Both the position numbers and the translations under genes were made by a program. From Psilocybe cubensis (Eukaryota), in contig CM039000.1 of assembly GCA_017499595.2 (NCBI GenBank), forward strand, positions 2,108,001-2,172,000: DNA of 64,000 bases. Direction: 5' to 3'. The notes below the pieces were generated by a model that saw only the letters and a program-made list of their open reading frames with translations, did not search any database and had not been told where the DNA came from. Each line of letters begins with the position of its first letter. The stretch's first letter is position 1. Positions 49,210 to 61,604 of the stretch are shown piece by piece.

Positions 49210-52200
49210 TCAAAGAATTTGCCTATCTACAGGTCGGAGTCGGGATAAAGATACACATACAGCGACGTCTCTATCTTCCCATGGGATGATACATTTGGCA
49301 AAGTGTCCTTCTACAGCTGAAAAAGGAAGGACTTCGAGGATATCTTGGACGTCGGTTCCCCATAGTTTGGCACGAAAATGAACCCACGGGATATAAGGAT
49401 CGTATTTGACCCCCGCTTCTTGGTATCGATTAACCACAAACCATATATCATCCCTAAGTACTTTTTTAGGAAACTTGAGGACATTCTTGATACGGTAGGG
49501 CACATTTGACGCATTGAGGACCCCGCTATTGCCTTCATGTACGTCCCAAGATGTATAAGATATCCGACCAACGCGATAACGGTTTGTATACATTGCCCGC
49601 GCGGGCACGGTTGTCACACCATACCGTAAAAATGCCCGAGTAATGTCCATCTTTAACACCACCGCACGTCGATCATCGTATGGGATGGCTTCTTCTTGAA
49701 GATCTTCTTCGCTTTCCTCGTCGTCTGTCTCAGTGTCATCGTCGGCCTCAGCATTTGCGACATCGATTGTCTCTGCTTCTCCTGCGAGTATGTACCGTCC
49801 TTGGGGCATCACCAACTTGCGAAAGATCGGCCAACAGTCCCGAATAGCTTGTGGACATCCTGGTCTTTGAAAAATTGCCATAAGTTTGGACCTTCTGTGC
49901 CAGGAAGTCGCAATTGTTTCCTCGTACTCGCCTACTATAGATCAGTAACCATGAAAGAGCAGGCAACAGGTAAAGCAAATTACCTTGCTTGTAATTTGTG
50001 GGAATTCTTTGCAGCATCCCAATCATACGTTCGAAGGGAAACGTCCACCAACCATGAACAGGCCCATATTCGATGATAAACTCCCTCATATGCATAGCCA
50101 TATGATGATTAGGAACACACTGGTAGCTTGGAAACAGCCTTGAAAGCTCGGAACGGTATTGTACCATCAAATTCAGGTATTCATTGGCCATAGCTGGTGA
50201 TGCGACCCGGGAAGTGATGACAGATATGGCCTCAAAAAGAAGCATCGTGAGGCGCAAAAGTTCTCGACGTGTTTGGGCAGGTTTCGAATGGTCAATTCCC
50301 GACCATATTCGGATGAGGGTAACTGGGATGTAAAGTGCTGCCGCAATGCGCCATTGGTCTGATTTGAGTTTTCCACTCTTTGCGGACATCGACCAGGGTA
50401 ACGACGAGACCCATGACGGTTTTACCATAGCTGCAATGTCTCGTCGGATGGATTTCATGTCTTCTGCTGTAAGTATCTTTCCCTGCTTGCCATCCACTTC
50501 TGAAGTAGCCTGGCTTGACTGTGACTGGCCGAAATTTTTAGTTGTTAGAAGAATTGAAAAATTTAACAACGTACGGATCTTTCTTTACGCTATTCACCGC
50601 GTATTAAACTATCAGATTGATGTTGAGGTAACGACGATGCAGACGTACCCATTGAACAAGCATTTGGGCCAGATCTTCTTTCTTGACTCGCATCATACCA
50701 TTTAACGTGTCCCGGCCACGATTGGTGATGGTAGAGGGTATACACCCCAGATGTTTACCAACAAAAACAAGGGCTTCTGCTGCGGTCTTCTTTGCCAACT
50801 CGTTTGCTACGTCGGCATCTTCGATTGGAAGAGGCTCTGCCAACCATTTTCTGATGATGCGTATTCCTTTTTGACCAGACTCTGAGGTTGGCAAAGGATT
50901 ACTTTCATTGCCCTCAATGTTTTGTAATATAACGCTATCGCTCGATATAGGTGTTTGTTGTTTCTTCTTCTGCTTGGGTAAATCAGAACCGTCACCGAGA
51001 ATGTGCTGAAAATGCTCTTTGATGAGTCCAAGAAAAAGGTTATGCATCGGGTCTACAACAAGGCTCATGGTTGGCCGATAATAGGGCAATCGATGAAATT
51101 CTGACGTGCGCAATCCGGATTTGTCGAAAAGGCTTGCAGCGGCCTTTTCGGAGGGGGCTGCCTGGTATTTCCAGGCACCATCTCGACATTCGTCATCGGT
51201 GCGCCATGTCCATTTTTCATAATCGAAGTTGTTGAATGTATGCACAGTTTTACTACACCAGCACATCGAACAGAAATATTCCTGATTGTATGAAGAAAAT
51301 CCACCAGCCTTCCGTGCTGCAGGAAGATCGGCGATGATTGCAAGAAGAGCACAAAGAATAATGCGCCCCATAGCGTAAAGAGCGGTGCGCGTAAAAAAAA
51401 CACCCACCCAAAACAGCAGGAAAGTGTCAACAATAGGGCGGAAGTATGGGTTTGCTGCTTCTAGACTGGGTTCATTGGGACCCGGAATAATACCCGCGAG
51501 AAAGATGTTTTCAGGTTGATATCGAGTAGTTATGGGAAGGTTGAGGCATGTTAATGCGATAACTCCAATTGAAATCTTCTTTCCAGCCGTAAGATTACGC
51601 AAAGGATTAAAGAAATCAAAGCCGAGTGAAAATAGATAACGTCCAGTAGTTTCATTTCCGGATACACCGAAAAATTTCTTATCGCATCCCTTGAAGTTAC
51701 GGATGCTGGAAGACTGAAAAATATCGTCCATGCGCCCATTTTCTTGAACAGGTTCGAACGTTTTCTTCCAAGCACCGTCCATTGCTTCCTCGTATCCTCG
51801 ACGCGATAACATGCCACCAAGCCAGTCCTGGAAATCGAATGATAGGAAGGGTTTGATGGGTACATTAATGGTCTTATTGCTGTATCTCTTTGGCCGGACA
51901 AGAAGTTCCCCACAACGATTACCGAACTTCCGGGCATTGCATCGTTCGCGATAGGTAGAAATATCGTCCTCTAGGGTTGGCTTGTAGATTTCATTGCACT
52001 TTGGACAAGCGGCATACACGATGAACTTCGAATCAATGTCAAAACGCTTGATTGCCGCTCGAACGTCTAGAGGAAACGAACGAAGAACTTGCTCGAGCCA
52101 ACGAGGAAGGATTTTGTCGACAAAGATAGCCTCTCCCGTTCTTTGAGCGATATATTCGCACATGGAAAAGACAAAATAGCATCCACGTCGAGGAAACCTC

Positions 52201-53043
52201 AATATAGCGTAGCAAGAAACAACCATAAGGTTGATCATCTGCATCGCGTCAATTATCCATGGGGGTAGCCAAGGCATACTGTATGCATAGGGAAGGAAGG
52301 GAAGGAAGTGGTGCCCTAGGGTCGATAGTTGATAAATAGTTCATCGAATACAAAGTGAAAAATAAACATGCTCGCTCACTTGAATCGTATAAATTAGGTA
52401 CGCTATCCTGAATAGAAACTCGCTGGCGAGATCTCTTCGTTTGCCTCTCCTTCCATGTTGCCTCTACACGGTCTACATCTTCATTAAGTCGCTCGATATT
52501 TTGGTGTGCATCATGTCGCAAAGATTTGATCGAGGCTTCCTTGCGCAAAGGACCGGATTTCGTAAAGTCTAAATCTCTCGATGCGTTGGAATTAAGAGCT
52601 CGTACTTCATGGCAAAGTTGAATTGCCTTATCAATTTCCCCATTGCTGAAATATTTCTCTCCTGAGATGTCAATGGTGTTGATTTGTTGGGCACGAAGTC
52701 TGGTATTGTCTAGAATATCTGCAATCAGAGCCACGATTTTTTTCTTCTGTTCGTGCTTGTACTGCACTTCCTTTTCCTTGATCGTCTCGGTGTCCGGGTC
52801 CTGAACAGATAAAAGTTGCATTGCTTTCTCCAAGGTGGTTTCGACCTTCTCCATGGCCCTTTGCTGCTCAAGGATCGCCCGTGATTCAAGATTCCTCTTC
52901 ATCTGACCCACGCTTTCCTCGTGTTGGTGCTTTTTATATGTAGATGGCGACAATTGAACACCTGGCTGTCCTGTGACAGGATCGCGTTTCGCGCCGCACC
53001 CATGCACAGTGCACAGGCAAAACTTGGCTTTCCAAACCGGCAT
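49210..53043 (-). CDS. CACTA/CMC-EnSpm (Tnp2/Transposase_21-like) DDE transposase, about 4 exons, apparently intact
   Basis: YAACPKC, GFDFFNP (D), GIIPGPNEPS, RPIVD, IADLPAARKAGGF (D), FCSMC (CxxC), VDPMHNLFLG, KLKSDQW, PNHHMAMH, YGPVHGWWTFPFERMIG (E). The four ORF pieces splice in frame. Confidence 0.93.
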
Positions 53044-53571
53044 AGGTCTGTCGAATCAACCAGAATATCGATATCGATGTGGTAACGGTTAAGCAATGAT
53101 AAGAGAAATTTTACCACATGAGAAATTATTATGCGATCACGCAGCTGCAGCTGCAGCGGAGGCAATGACCCGGAGGAACTCGATAAGGTGATGTCGCCGA
53201 AACGCCGAGGCATAACAAAGGGACTGAGCGATGAAAGACTAGCGTTTTCTTTTAAAGCGCTTGTTCAGGAACTTTCTTCATTACCCTCACCCAAACACCC
53301 AGCACAACTGAGTCTAGTCGTCCAACTAAACTATGTCTCAACCTTCCAGGAGTCGTAGTAACAGCAAATCATCCGTAACAGGGGCTACCCCAATATATAC
53401 CGCGATGCTTTCCCGCGAACACTATATAAAGGCTGTTAGCGCGAGATCAAGAAAGAACGCAGGGGTAAGTTGTCTAAGGATTGATTGAGGCGCATTTTTC
53501 AATGATACATTACCTTCTGTTAGAAGTCTGCTTCGAGGCAACGCCGGTCTCCTGAAGCAGGGGACGCTAGC

Positions 53572-54892
53572 ATGGTGGCAGGGCCATCGAGATTCCAGGA
53601 AGTTGATGATGACGACATGGACCAATCCTTTGAATCCAATTCAACTGCGTTAGTCACCAACACCTTGACGTCCAACAAAACCCAGGCTGCGGTGCGCTTG
53701 AGTATAATGATTTATGTATTTCAATCTGACAGTACATACTTTCACCAGGGGAGTATTCAAAGGGCCTACACGGCCCCAATGGTCTCGTCCTTTGCCGAGA
53801 ACCGTGAGGTTTCCACCGAAGGTCCATCGACAGAGATTGCGAATGTGTCGGTGGATGCTGGGAGAGACAATCTTATGACCAGACGTCCTCCTATACAGGT
53901 GGCCAACGTGAATGCTATATTAGCCATACTCCCAGGCCGGAATGAATTGTTTCCCGCCGTTCAACATAACCGATCTATTGCCAATGGATCGTATGCAGCA
54001 TCCACCAATGTCCAGAATGATCGAGGCATAACCAATCAACAAAGCGGAGTGGATGCTGGGATAGACCAAGTGATCATTAGTCAAGTACGCCACGATCATA
54101 CGCCGTCGACTTTAGCACTAATCAACTACTTTCGATGAACAGGATGAATATGACAGGCTGAAGTCCACTTCAAATGCTGCAAGGTTGAGAAGTGATGATA
54201 TAATAGCGACCGTAAGAATAATGAAATGATTCATAAGGAGGCGACTTACATCTGCATCCATTTTCCAGGTTAGAGAAGTTCAAGCCGACAGGGAGCGCAT
54301 TGCCGCCCTTGAGCGAGGTCTAACCGAGCAGGGAGAGACGTTTAAATGGGTTAGTTTGGTTTCTTCCCTCACATAACCTTATGACGTTTATCCGAGACCG
54401 TCACACTTTTTAAACAATTATATTATAGGAAATTGACAAAGCGAGCAAGATGTATACTGAGCTCTTGAAGGAGAAGGTGGCCCAGGAAAACCTGTACCTT
54501 GAAACGAAGAGGGTAAATTTACAATATGACCGATATCGATAATGTTAATGACAAATTTAAATAGGAAAATGACAGGTTGAAGGAGCTGGAAGAGACAGTA
54601 CTTGGATTCGCAAAATGCACAATTTGCTATGAATTTATGGAGCAAATTTGCGTGTAAGCCTTTTCGAGAACTGTGTTTACAGATCAAAGTGACCTCAGAA
54701 CATTATCACAGCTTTGCTTGTGGTCATGTTTGCTGCAACGATTGCAGGACAAAGCTCGAGTTATTTGACACACTGAGGTGCTGCTTTGTATGCCGCACAT
54801 TTGTTCCAGATGAACAACCCCTCTCGCGTTACCATCCCCTCAGCCAGATTCTGTCCAATGTAAAGGATAAGGCTAATGCAGAGGGTGTTTAG
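53572..54892 (+). CDS. RING-finger (C3HC4) protein with a coiled coil, multi-exon
   Basis: Spliced C-terminus DSQKCTICYEFMEQ...FACGHVCCNDC...CCFVCR, preceded by ENDRLKELEET and RERIAALERGL. Confidence 0.8.
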
Positions 54893-55036
54893 AGTAATCC
54901 TACTCCCTCTGCACGCTGCAGCTTCTGTTCGAGGTGATCATATAAGTATATAGCAAATGAAGAATGTCATGTTTCATACCAGAATTTATATTATCTTCAC
55001 AAGACGAGGTGATGGTAGAGAAATACCAAAAACAGG

Positions 55037-58000
55037 TCACAGTATCTTTTTCTTGTACTGGTCTTTTAACTGAGTCATAACATTGGAGTTGAGGTCTCTG
55101 TCTTTCTTGGACTCGGGAACTGAACACAGGAAATCCGTGCTGAGTATAAATCGCTCGCCAGTTAAAACGTCTACACGATCTTTAGATCGGGTGACTACAG
55201 CGACCAAGACAGTTGGATTATCCGAGGTGCCTTCATGATGAATGCGACGAACGAATTTCCCGCAATGTTCCCCCTTGATAACCACTAGAGGCCCATTGTC
55301 ATGTATTCGATTTGCATACTTCGGAGTGACCCAAGCGGGGTCCACCATAGTCCATGAACTGTACTTTTTGCACCTGAGTACGAGGTTGTTTGCATCCCAA
55401 ACCGTTGAGGCGACTAATGTTTTATTGCTGAACTGTCCGCCGTTGACTACCACATTCAGGCTGATGTCCACCAGTTTGGGGTTTAAGAGAACATGTTCGC
55501 ACACAGAAGAGGAAGTCGTATGACAGTTTGTTTCAGATGAGGAGGAAACAGATGTAGAGACGTCTGATAACGCAAGACTTGTTGGCGAATGAGCAGTTGG
55601 GTCAGGTGTCCTTGAGGAGGGGTCCCAAGCTGGAGTGATAGATTGCGGTGTACCGATGGGTGTCCTTGAGGAAGGATCCCAGGCTGGAGTTGCAGTGGGT
55701 TCTGAGTACATCGGTGTGCCGCTCGCTGACGCAATCGTTTGCGGTACGCCAGGGAGAACGCGGACGTGCTTCATGGAAGACTTAGGTATAGGACGGAAAA
55801 ATTTTGGCCCAGGATCAAGGAAAAGAACGAGCTCATTGAACGTCCTTGCGTACAAGTTAGACAGAGGGTACATGCAATGACAACACACTTACGAAAGTTC
55901 GACGACATCGTCATAGTCCACAACGATTGTTTGGAACGGTGCAAAGGGATTAAAACGGGTGAGTTGAATAACGAGCTGCAGTCCGGCGTTGTCTGTATGA
56001 TGAAGGACGTCTTTGATTCGTCCAGTCTCACCCTTGCGTGGGTGAAGATGCTTCTGTATAATGACCTCTAAACCAGTCCATGGGTGTCTTAAAAACTTGG
56101 TGTGGACTGGGTCTGACTCCGACAATAATGTCACATCGACAAGAGGTAGGGGCTCAGTAAATGAAGTGTCCAAGAGATTGACGTGTACCGCAAAATGCTG
56201 TTGAAAGGTATAGCCACGTTAAGAGAAAAACCGGTGAATATGTCAAGCTGCAAATTTACTCACTTCCACAATCTCAACCTTGTTATCATCTCCTACCCCA
56301 GAATTAAACTGGTTAGATGCTGCTGTTGTACTGACCACAGCGCCCTGGTTGTACGACTCCTGAGCTGCTGTTGGTTTTCCTACTCCTGTGACACACGAAC
56401 TCCCTCCCGGCATCGACATTTCTTCTTCATCTAACGTTGCTGCTGATTCATCCAAAGTTAGAGCGATATCCGAATGCACCATTATACCCCCTGGCATCAT
56501 TTGCGCTTCTACCGCCGTCCCCAGATCTGTCTCCGCCGAACCTTTTCTCAGATCATCGTTCCCTGTCGGCACGGGATATTGTTCTTTTCCGTTGGTGGGC
56601 GTCGAAGATGTTTCAGCATTTGTTTCCACAATGGAAATGCGACCATGCACCGAACTTTTCGTTATTAGTGCATGGTCTCCATGGATTCCAACGACCCAAC
56701 CTCTGTGATCGAAATAGGGGCCGCTCACAACTCGAACGAATTGCCCGATTTTTGGTGACTTGAGAATGTCTAGCCATGTTCCCCTAACACTGTAGCGGAT
56801 TTCACGTTCACCTTCGATTGTTGATTGTTCTGCTTCAACGTCGTATGTGTCCAGCTTTTTCAGCACTGCAGGTTCCCACTTTGCAGACCGATTCGCAACG
56901 TCGGGTGTACGAAAAAGAACCTCCTCTTCCAGTCCTAAGCACCATTCCCGAGGACGTGGCATACGCGCTCGCATTATGTCGGGATGATTGGTGCTCCTAA
57001 ACATGGAGAAGTGGGAATACGGAATATCCATGACGGAATTTGCGATGGAGGTATAGTCGAAATCCTTTTCCAACAGTCCATGGTCAAACTTGAGAAGTCC
57101 AAGCGTGTATGATCCATCCGCATTGCGAATAATGGGAGTAGAAATGAGTTTGCGGGCTTCTTCAGGGTCGAAAAGTTTTGCTGGGGGTACTAGTACCGAT
57201 GACTTTCTCTTTTGTGACTTTGCAGATTGCGAATTTAGCCGAGGAATGAGAAGAACCTGAGCGCCCCAGGAAAAAGTCGCTGAAATCAGTCCAACGTCTC
57301 CTTTGTATATGCCTTTCTTAACCAAAACCCAGGTCCCAACCTCAAAATCCTTCTTGACATCCCTCATCGTAAGAAGTTCGTGCTGATGGTTCCGATCCAC
57401 TATTTCGCGCTTGACTCCAAGGTGGTTACGAAGGATTCCGGGCGTGGACAAGAGCAGATTCACGAGGGCTGGATCCATGATACCTTCAACGTAGATACTT
57501 CCGCGTATAGAGCCGCGAGTAAATGCGGAACGAATATGGTGGATCTCCCTTGCGGTCTGGAGAAGGGATAGGACAGCTGCATCCTCAGAGCCGATCTGCA
57601 AAAGTTGATAGAAAAATAATCAAGGGATAGGTATTCAGACTTACCCGACATCCAACCCTCCAGAGAGGATAGTCATTCTCAAGCGGAAGACGCGCAATCT
57701 TCTCCTGGAGCATGGTTATCCTATCTTCCTCCTCCAAACGTATAACCGGACGTGGTTGACGAGGGCCCTTTGCTTGAGCCTCCAGGCGAGCCAGTAGTTG
57801 GTTAAATGAATCCTCCTCGCTGTCATCTTCTGGCCTATGGAACGCCATAGAGCCTATGTGATCTTTCCCGTCCACTTCCGCTCCGTCGTTAATGAAGGCA
57901 TCTGTAAAGACAGTCAAATCAAGTCTATCGCAACATTCTGAACAGCTCGCCTTCAAGGTCCCGTTCTGCAGACGTAAGCTGCTCATCGTCAGAAAGCTCT

Positions 58001-58123
58001 CCATCATCAGCTACCTGTGCCTCCGTGTCCAGAAATTGGCGGACGTTCCTCATAACCTAGGGAGAAAAAATCATGAGTATCAAGATGCTTTGAACAGAAA
58101 TCAAGCAAGCCTACCCGCTTCAT
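55037..58123 (-). CDS. Spt5/NusG-like transcription elongation factor paralogue (acidic N-terminus, NGN, multiple KOW, CTR-like repeats), about 6 exons, ~930 aa
   Basis: RQFLDTEAQVADD...FIND; LWRVGCR|IGSED...IRSAFTRGSIRGSIYVEG; GTWVLVKKGIYKGDVG..LLIPRL..PPAKLFD; KIGQFVRVVSGPY; HPRKGETGRIKDV; TPAWDPSSRTP twice; VVIKGEHCGKFV. The exons splice in frame. Confidence 0.88.
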
Positions 58124-58329
58124 CCTTTGGACTGTGTCGTTCGATGGAAATGAACAAATTTAATTAGATGATCAGTTACCACTCTGACTTAGGAATCGGA
58201 ATCTATATGACGTTGGTGTGCTCAGTAAGTTTTTTTCATCTTCATTACGATGGTGATCTCATTTTCATTTTCCAACTATCCAAATCTATCACTGAACTAC
58301 GTGTAATAGTACATATTCTCGTTCCGGTT

Positions 58330-58520
58330 CAACGCCAATGCAGAATCCGTGGCGTATCTTACCTGGAATGACAGCCCCTGAGCAACGAGGAGACAAAACG
58401 GTATGGTGGAGAGAAGAAGAAAAAGAGCGTGGGAATGGGTGGGGGGCTGTAGAAATGGCGCAGAAGTTCGATGCCGCAAATGCCGAAACATATCACGTGT
58501 TAATGTTCCTCGGGCATCCC
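58330..58520 (-). repeat. Module R copy 4, a short diverged fragment upstream of the Spt5-like gene
   Basis: atggtggagagaagaagaaaaagagcgtgggaat...cgcagaagttcgatgccgc matches 42748-42825. Confidence 0.7.
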
Positions 58521-59379
58521 GGGTGTGGATGAGGGTTCAAAACATTGAGAGCTGAGCGTCGTGCTGAAACTTATCAATGCGGAAGCGCTCATGTGAACAC
58601 TTAAGCTCGTATCCTGTTAAAAATGCATGGTGAAACCTATTGTAGGGAACCTAGACGATGGAGCGACACGAAGTAGTCGGCTCGTCCTGAATGAAAAATT
58701 CATAGAAAATGGACATAATAAATTATTGACATGACCGTTGAGACAACTCATCCAGAATAAAATTTAGGGGCAGAACCAAGGGGCACACCGTTAGTTCCAT
58801 CAAAAACCAAGGCACAAGTTATGTATGGCGTACCCAGGTCTATGCTACCGCGAAACTAAGTATTTCGTTGCTTGCATATTCAAAAGTACGTACTACAGTT
58901 TACAAACAGTGGGAAATCAGCTACTCTACAAGAGTCTCAGGTGTTTGTATTTCCGAAGGAAAATAAGCACATTCAAATAATCTTGTAGTGAGCGGCGACC
59001 TTAGCATTTTGTGAGCCCAATAATTCGAGTATCAACGGTAGATATATTTGCGTGGAAAACGGTAAAAACAGACGAGGCCGTACTTCCAAGGACCCGCAGA
59101 AATAAGTTAAGGAGAACATCCTGGTTCATTGATCCAATCATGTAGATAGGGTCACCATGACACTGTAATAGAAGAAGCGCGGTTGTAAAAATACAGGGCC
59201 AAGTCCTCAATAACGAATATGTGAAACATACAAATTAGGCACCTCGTCGTCGAAGTCGACAGATTTGCGGGCCACGTTGCGGTGTCTACCACAACCTTTG
59301 CGATAATAAACATGGATAAGCTCGTACAGTTAGTGAGCAATGCAGAGCGGTGATGAAGCTCTACACATAATATGTCACT

Positions 59380-59709
59380 GAACATCTCGTGTTCGGGAGA
59401 GTAAATTCGGCTTACAGTACGTGTAAAACAATACCTCACGGCGATTCGAGTTCGAGGGTGAAGTGGGCGCTGGGCAATGGCCGTGTTAGATTGTTGAACG
59501 AGATTTTAAACCACCCACTGGCAGGACAAAATGGGGTTGGAAAGTCACCGAAGATTATTATATCAAGTAGAGCTTGGGTTAATAAATTTAGTATATCAAT
59601 TGCAGATATTGATGAAGCGACATACTTCATAGATTGAAGAGAATTATTAGACGGGAACATCTCGCGTGTTCGAGAGAGTAAATTTGGCTTACAGTACGTG
59701 TAAAACAAT
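59380..59709. repeat. Direct repeat of ~54 bp (59380-59432 and 59655-59709)
   Basis: gaacatctcg(cg)tgttcg(g/a)gagagtaaatt(c/t)ggcttacagtacgtgtaaaacaat occurs twice. Confidence 0.92.
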
Positions 59710-59813
59710 TGAGACTGGTGCCGCTCGAATACCTGATAGAAAAAAGACGGAGCCAATCTATAGTTGCATAAGCAGGAGACTCGACGGGAGCCATGTGCAA
59801 ATCCTGTATATTC

Positions 59814-61089
59814 CAAGTCCCGATATCGTGAAATCCAAATTAAAACGGCAACCTGCAAAGAGGGTACCTCGCAGACCGGGTGCTTACAGTAGGCAGCGTC
59901 GTACAAAACATAAAGTTATGGCAGCATTCAACGTTCAATTCTTGAATGTAGGTGGGTGCGTCGTTGAATAAGTGAGGTCTGTAAAGCAATGAGGCGGCAC
60001 ATGTGCTGTAGAATATGTTTCCTGCACTGATAGCAAAGATGATTCCTCACCTATGTTTGTGACGCTCGAATACGGGTCTGGCAGGCGAAGAGGCGGCGGG
60101 TGTGCTGTAGAAGGTGTTCTTGGCTTGTGTTTCCTGCCTGATAGTAATAAAAATACGATTCGCACCTATGTTTCTGCGTAATTCACTATCCAAATGAATT
60201 GTAGTTCCTCCTCGTTCTGTGTCGCTCACCCGACTATTTCCTCTGCCCTTCCAAGCCGGGTCTATGTCACTTGAACTAAAATTGTATTACTAGAGTACGC
60301 AGCTAGCTAAGTTTATGGTATTAGAGTCTACACTAAAGTGCTACTACTACAGTAAGCTCGTATGCGAACCATCTCTACGTACGACGTGCTTCATAGGAGT
60401 GAGTGTTGAGAGAGAGGTGGAAAGGCGTCACACCGTCACAAAATCGCCATGATACAGGACAGAAGTTTGATGCCGCTGATGCCGTGCCACCAATCACGCG
60501 CATCACCAATTTGGCGACGGCATGAGCGGCATCGAACTTCTGCGGTACTTGTTGGCGTGCTGGCCATATTCTCACGCTTTCTTCTTCTTCTGTTCCAACC
60601 ATGCTCATCTAGCGGGTGAAGTAGCACATATAGACCGAGTAGCGCTGCTATCCATGTAGGCAGTCTAGCGTAGTGTACCATGTAAATAATACAAATACTA
60701 CTACAGGGAGCGAAATGGGGACCGAATGATATTGTGCGTGAGGTGTAATCGAAGTGCCAACACAGATGTTAAGCACGTATGAGATCTCTACGCTCGCCGT
60801 AAGTAACACAATTTTCTGCACAGTGTTGTATATTGGGTCAGTCATTCAGCGCAGATACAGGTCAGCGAACAAGACATCGCAAAAGTTTCGAAGCATGTCT
60901 GGTAAGTCGCAACTCCAGTGTACCCGCCGTTTGCTAACCATGCGATTAGACGCACACGATTCTCACTCAAGTCGTTCGTTTCACCATTTCCTTCCTCTTG
61001 TTCTACACAGGTATGTTTCGTTCTGTCTACCTAATTTTCTGTAGTAACTTACATAGTATAGCCCATCTCCTATCCCGAACACCAACGAT
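59814..61089 (+). repeat. Module R copy 3, right arm of the 1276-bp inverted repeat
   Basis: Reverse complement of 42261-43536. Confidence 0.97.
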
Positions 61090-61129
61090 CCGCACTATGC
61101 GCTATTAAGCAAACAAGATCCCGGACTTG

Positions 61130-61604
61130 TCATCGTTCGGATACCGGTGTTCCTTCCAACTCAACTCCACAACCCCTTTCGCACGGATAGGGCCCTCTGG
61201 ATGGGAATAGGTTATCAGAATTGCATTGCATGATGTGTAGAGCGCGTATACGCAGACGTATGACTGGGTAAGTCTGTTTACGTCGCATGTCCCATGGCAT
61301 TCGCTGATATACCTGACAGACCCTGATTCCCATATCCTCCATGCACATTGCGCAGGTGGATGACATTCGCATCCTTCTCTCTGTGCAGAACGAGCATCGC
61401 TGAGAGTGCACGATAAAATACCAATCAAGTAAGTAGCAGGTTCACTTACCTTGACGCTTCCACTGATTTGCCACATCCAAACTTTGGCTAGCAAGTCGTC
61501 GAACCTGGATGGCCAGCGAGGGGTCCATCGTCGCCCGACACGAACGCATGTACTTCAGTCGTGGAGACGTGTAGGCTCGAGCGGGAAACTGGGGCAACAT
61601 TAAT
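61130..61604 (-). CDS. Possible small spliced hypothetical gene
   Basis: MLPQFPARAY...QWKRQ|AMLVLHREKDAN...|VIRLRIRAL...SER* using GTAAGT...CTCAG and GTATAT...CCCAG introns. No homology recognised. Confidence 0.3.

Noticed and set aside
55037-58123. The host's canonical SPT5
   Set aside because: It is too divergent from the strongly conserved canonical sequence, has only two CTR-like repeats and is embedded among transposon genes. This still needs a genome search.
61093-61097. CACTA just outside the right inverted repeat as a possible element end
   Set aside because: It is the wrong orientation for a right end, has no subterminal repeats and has no partner at the left arm. A 5-mer is expected by chance.
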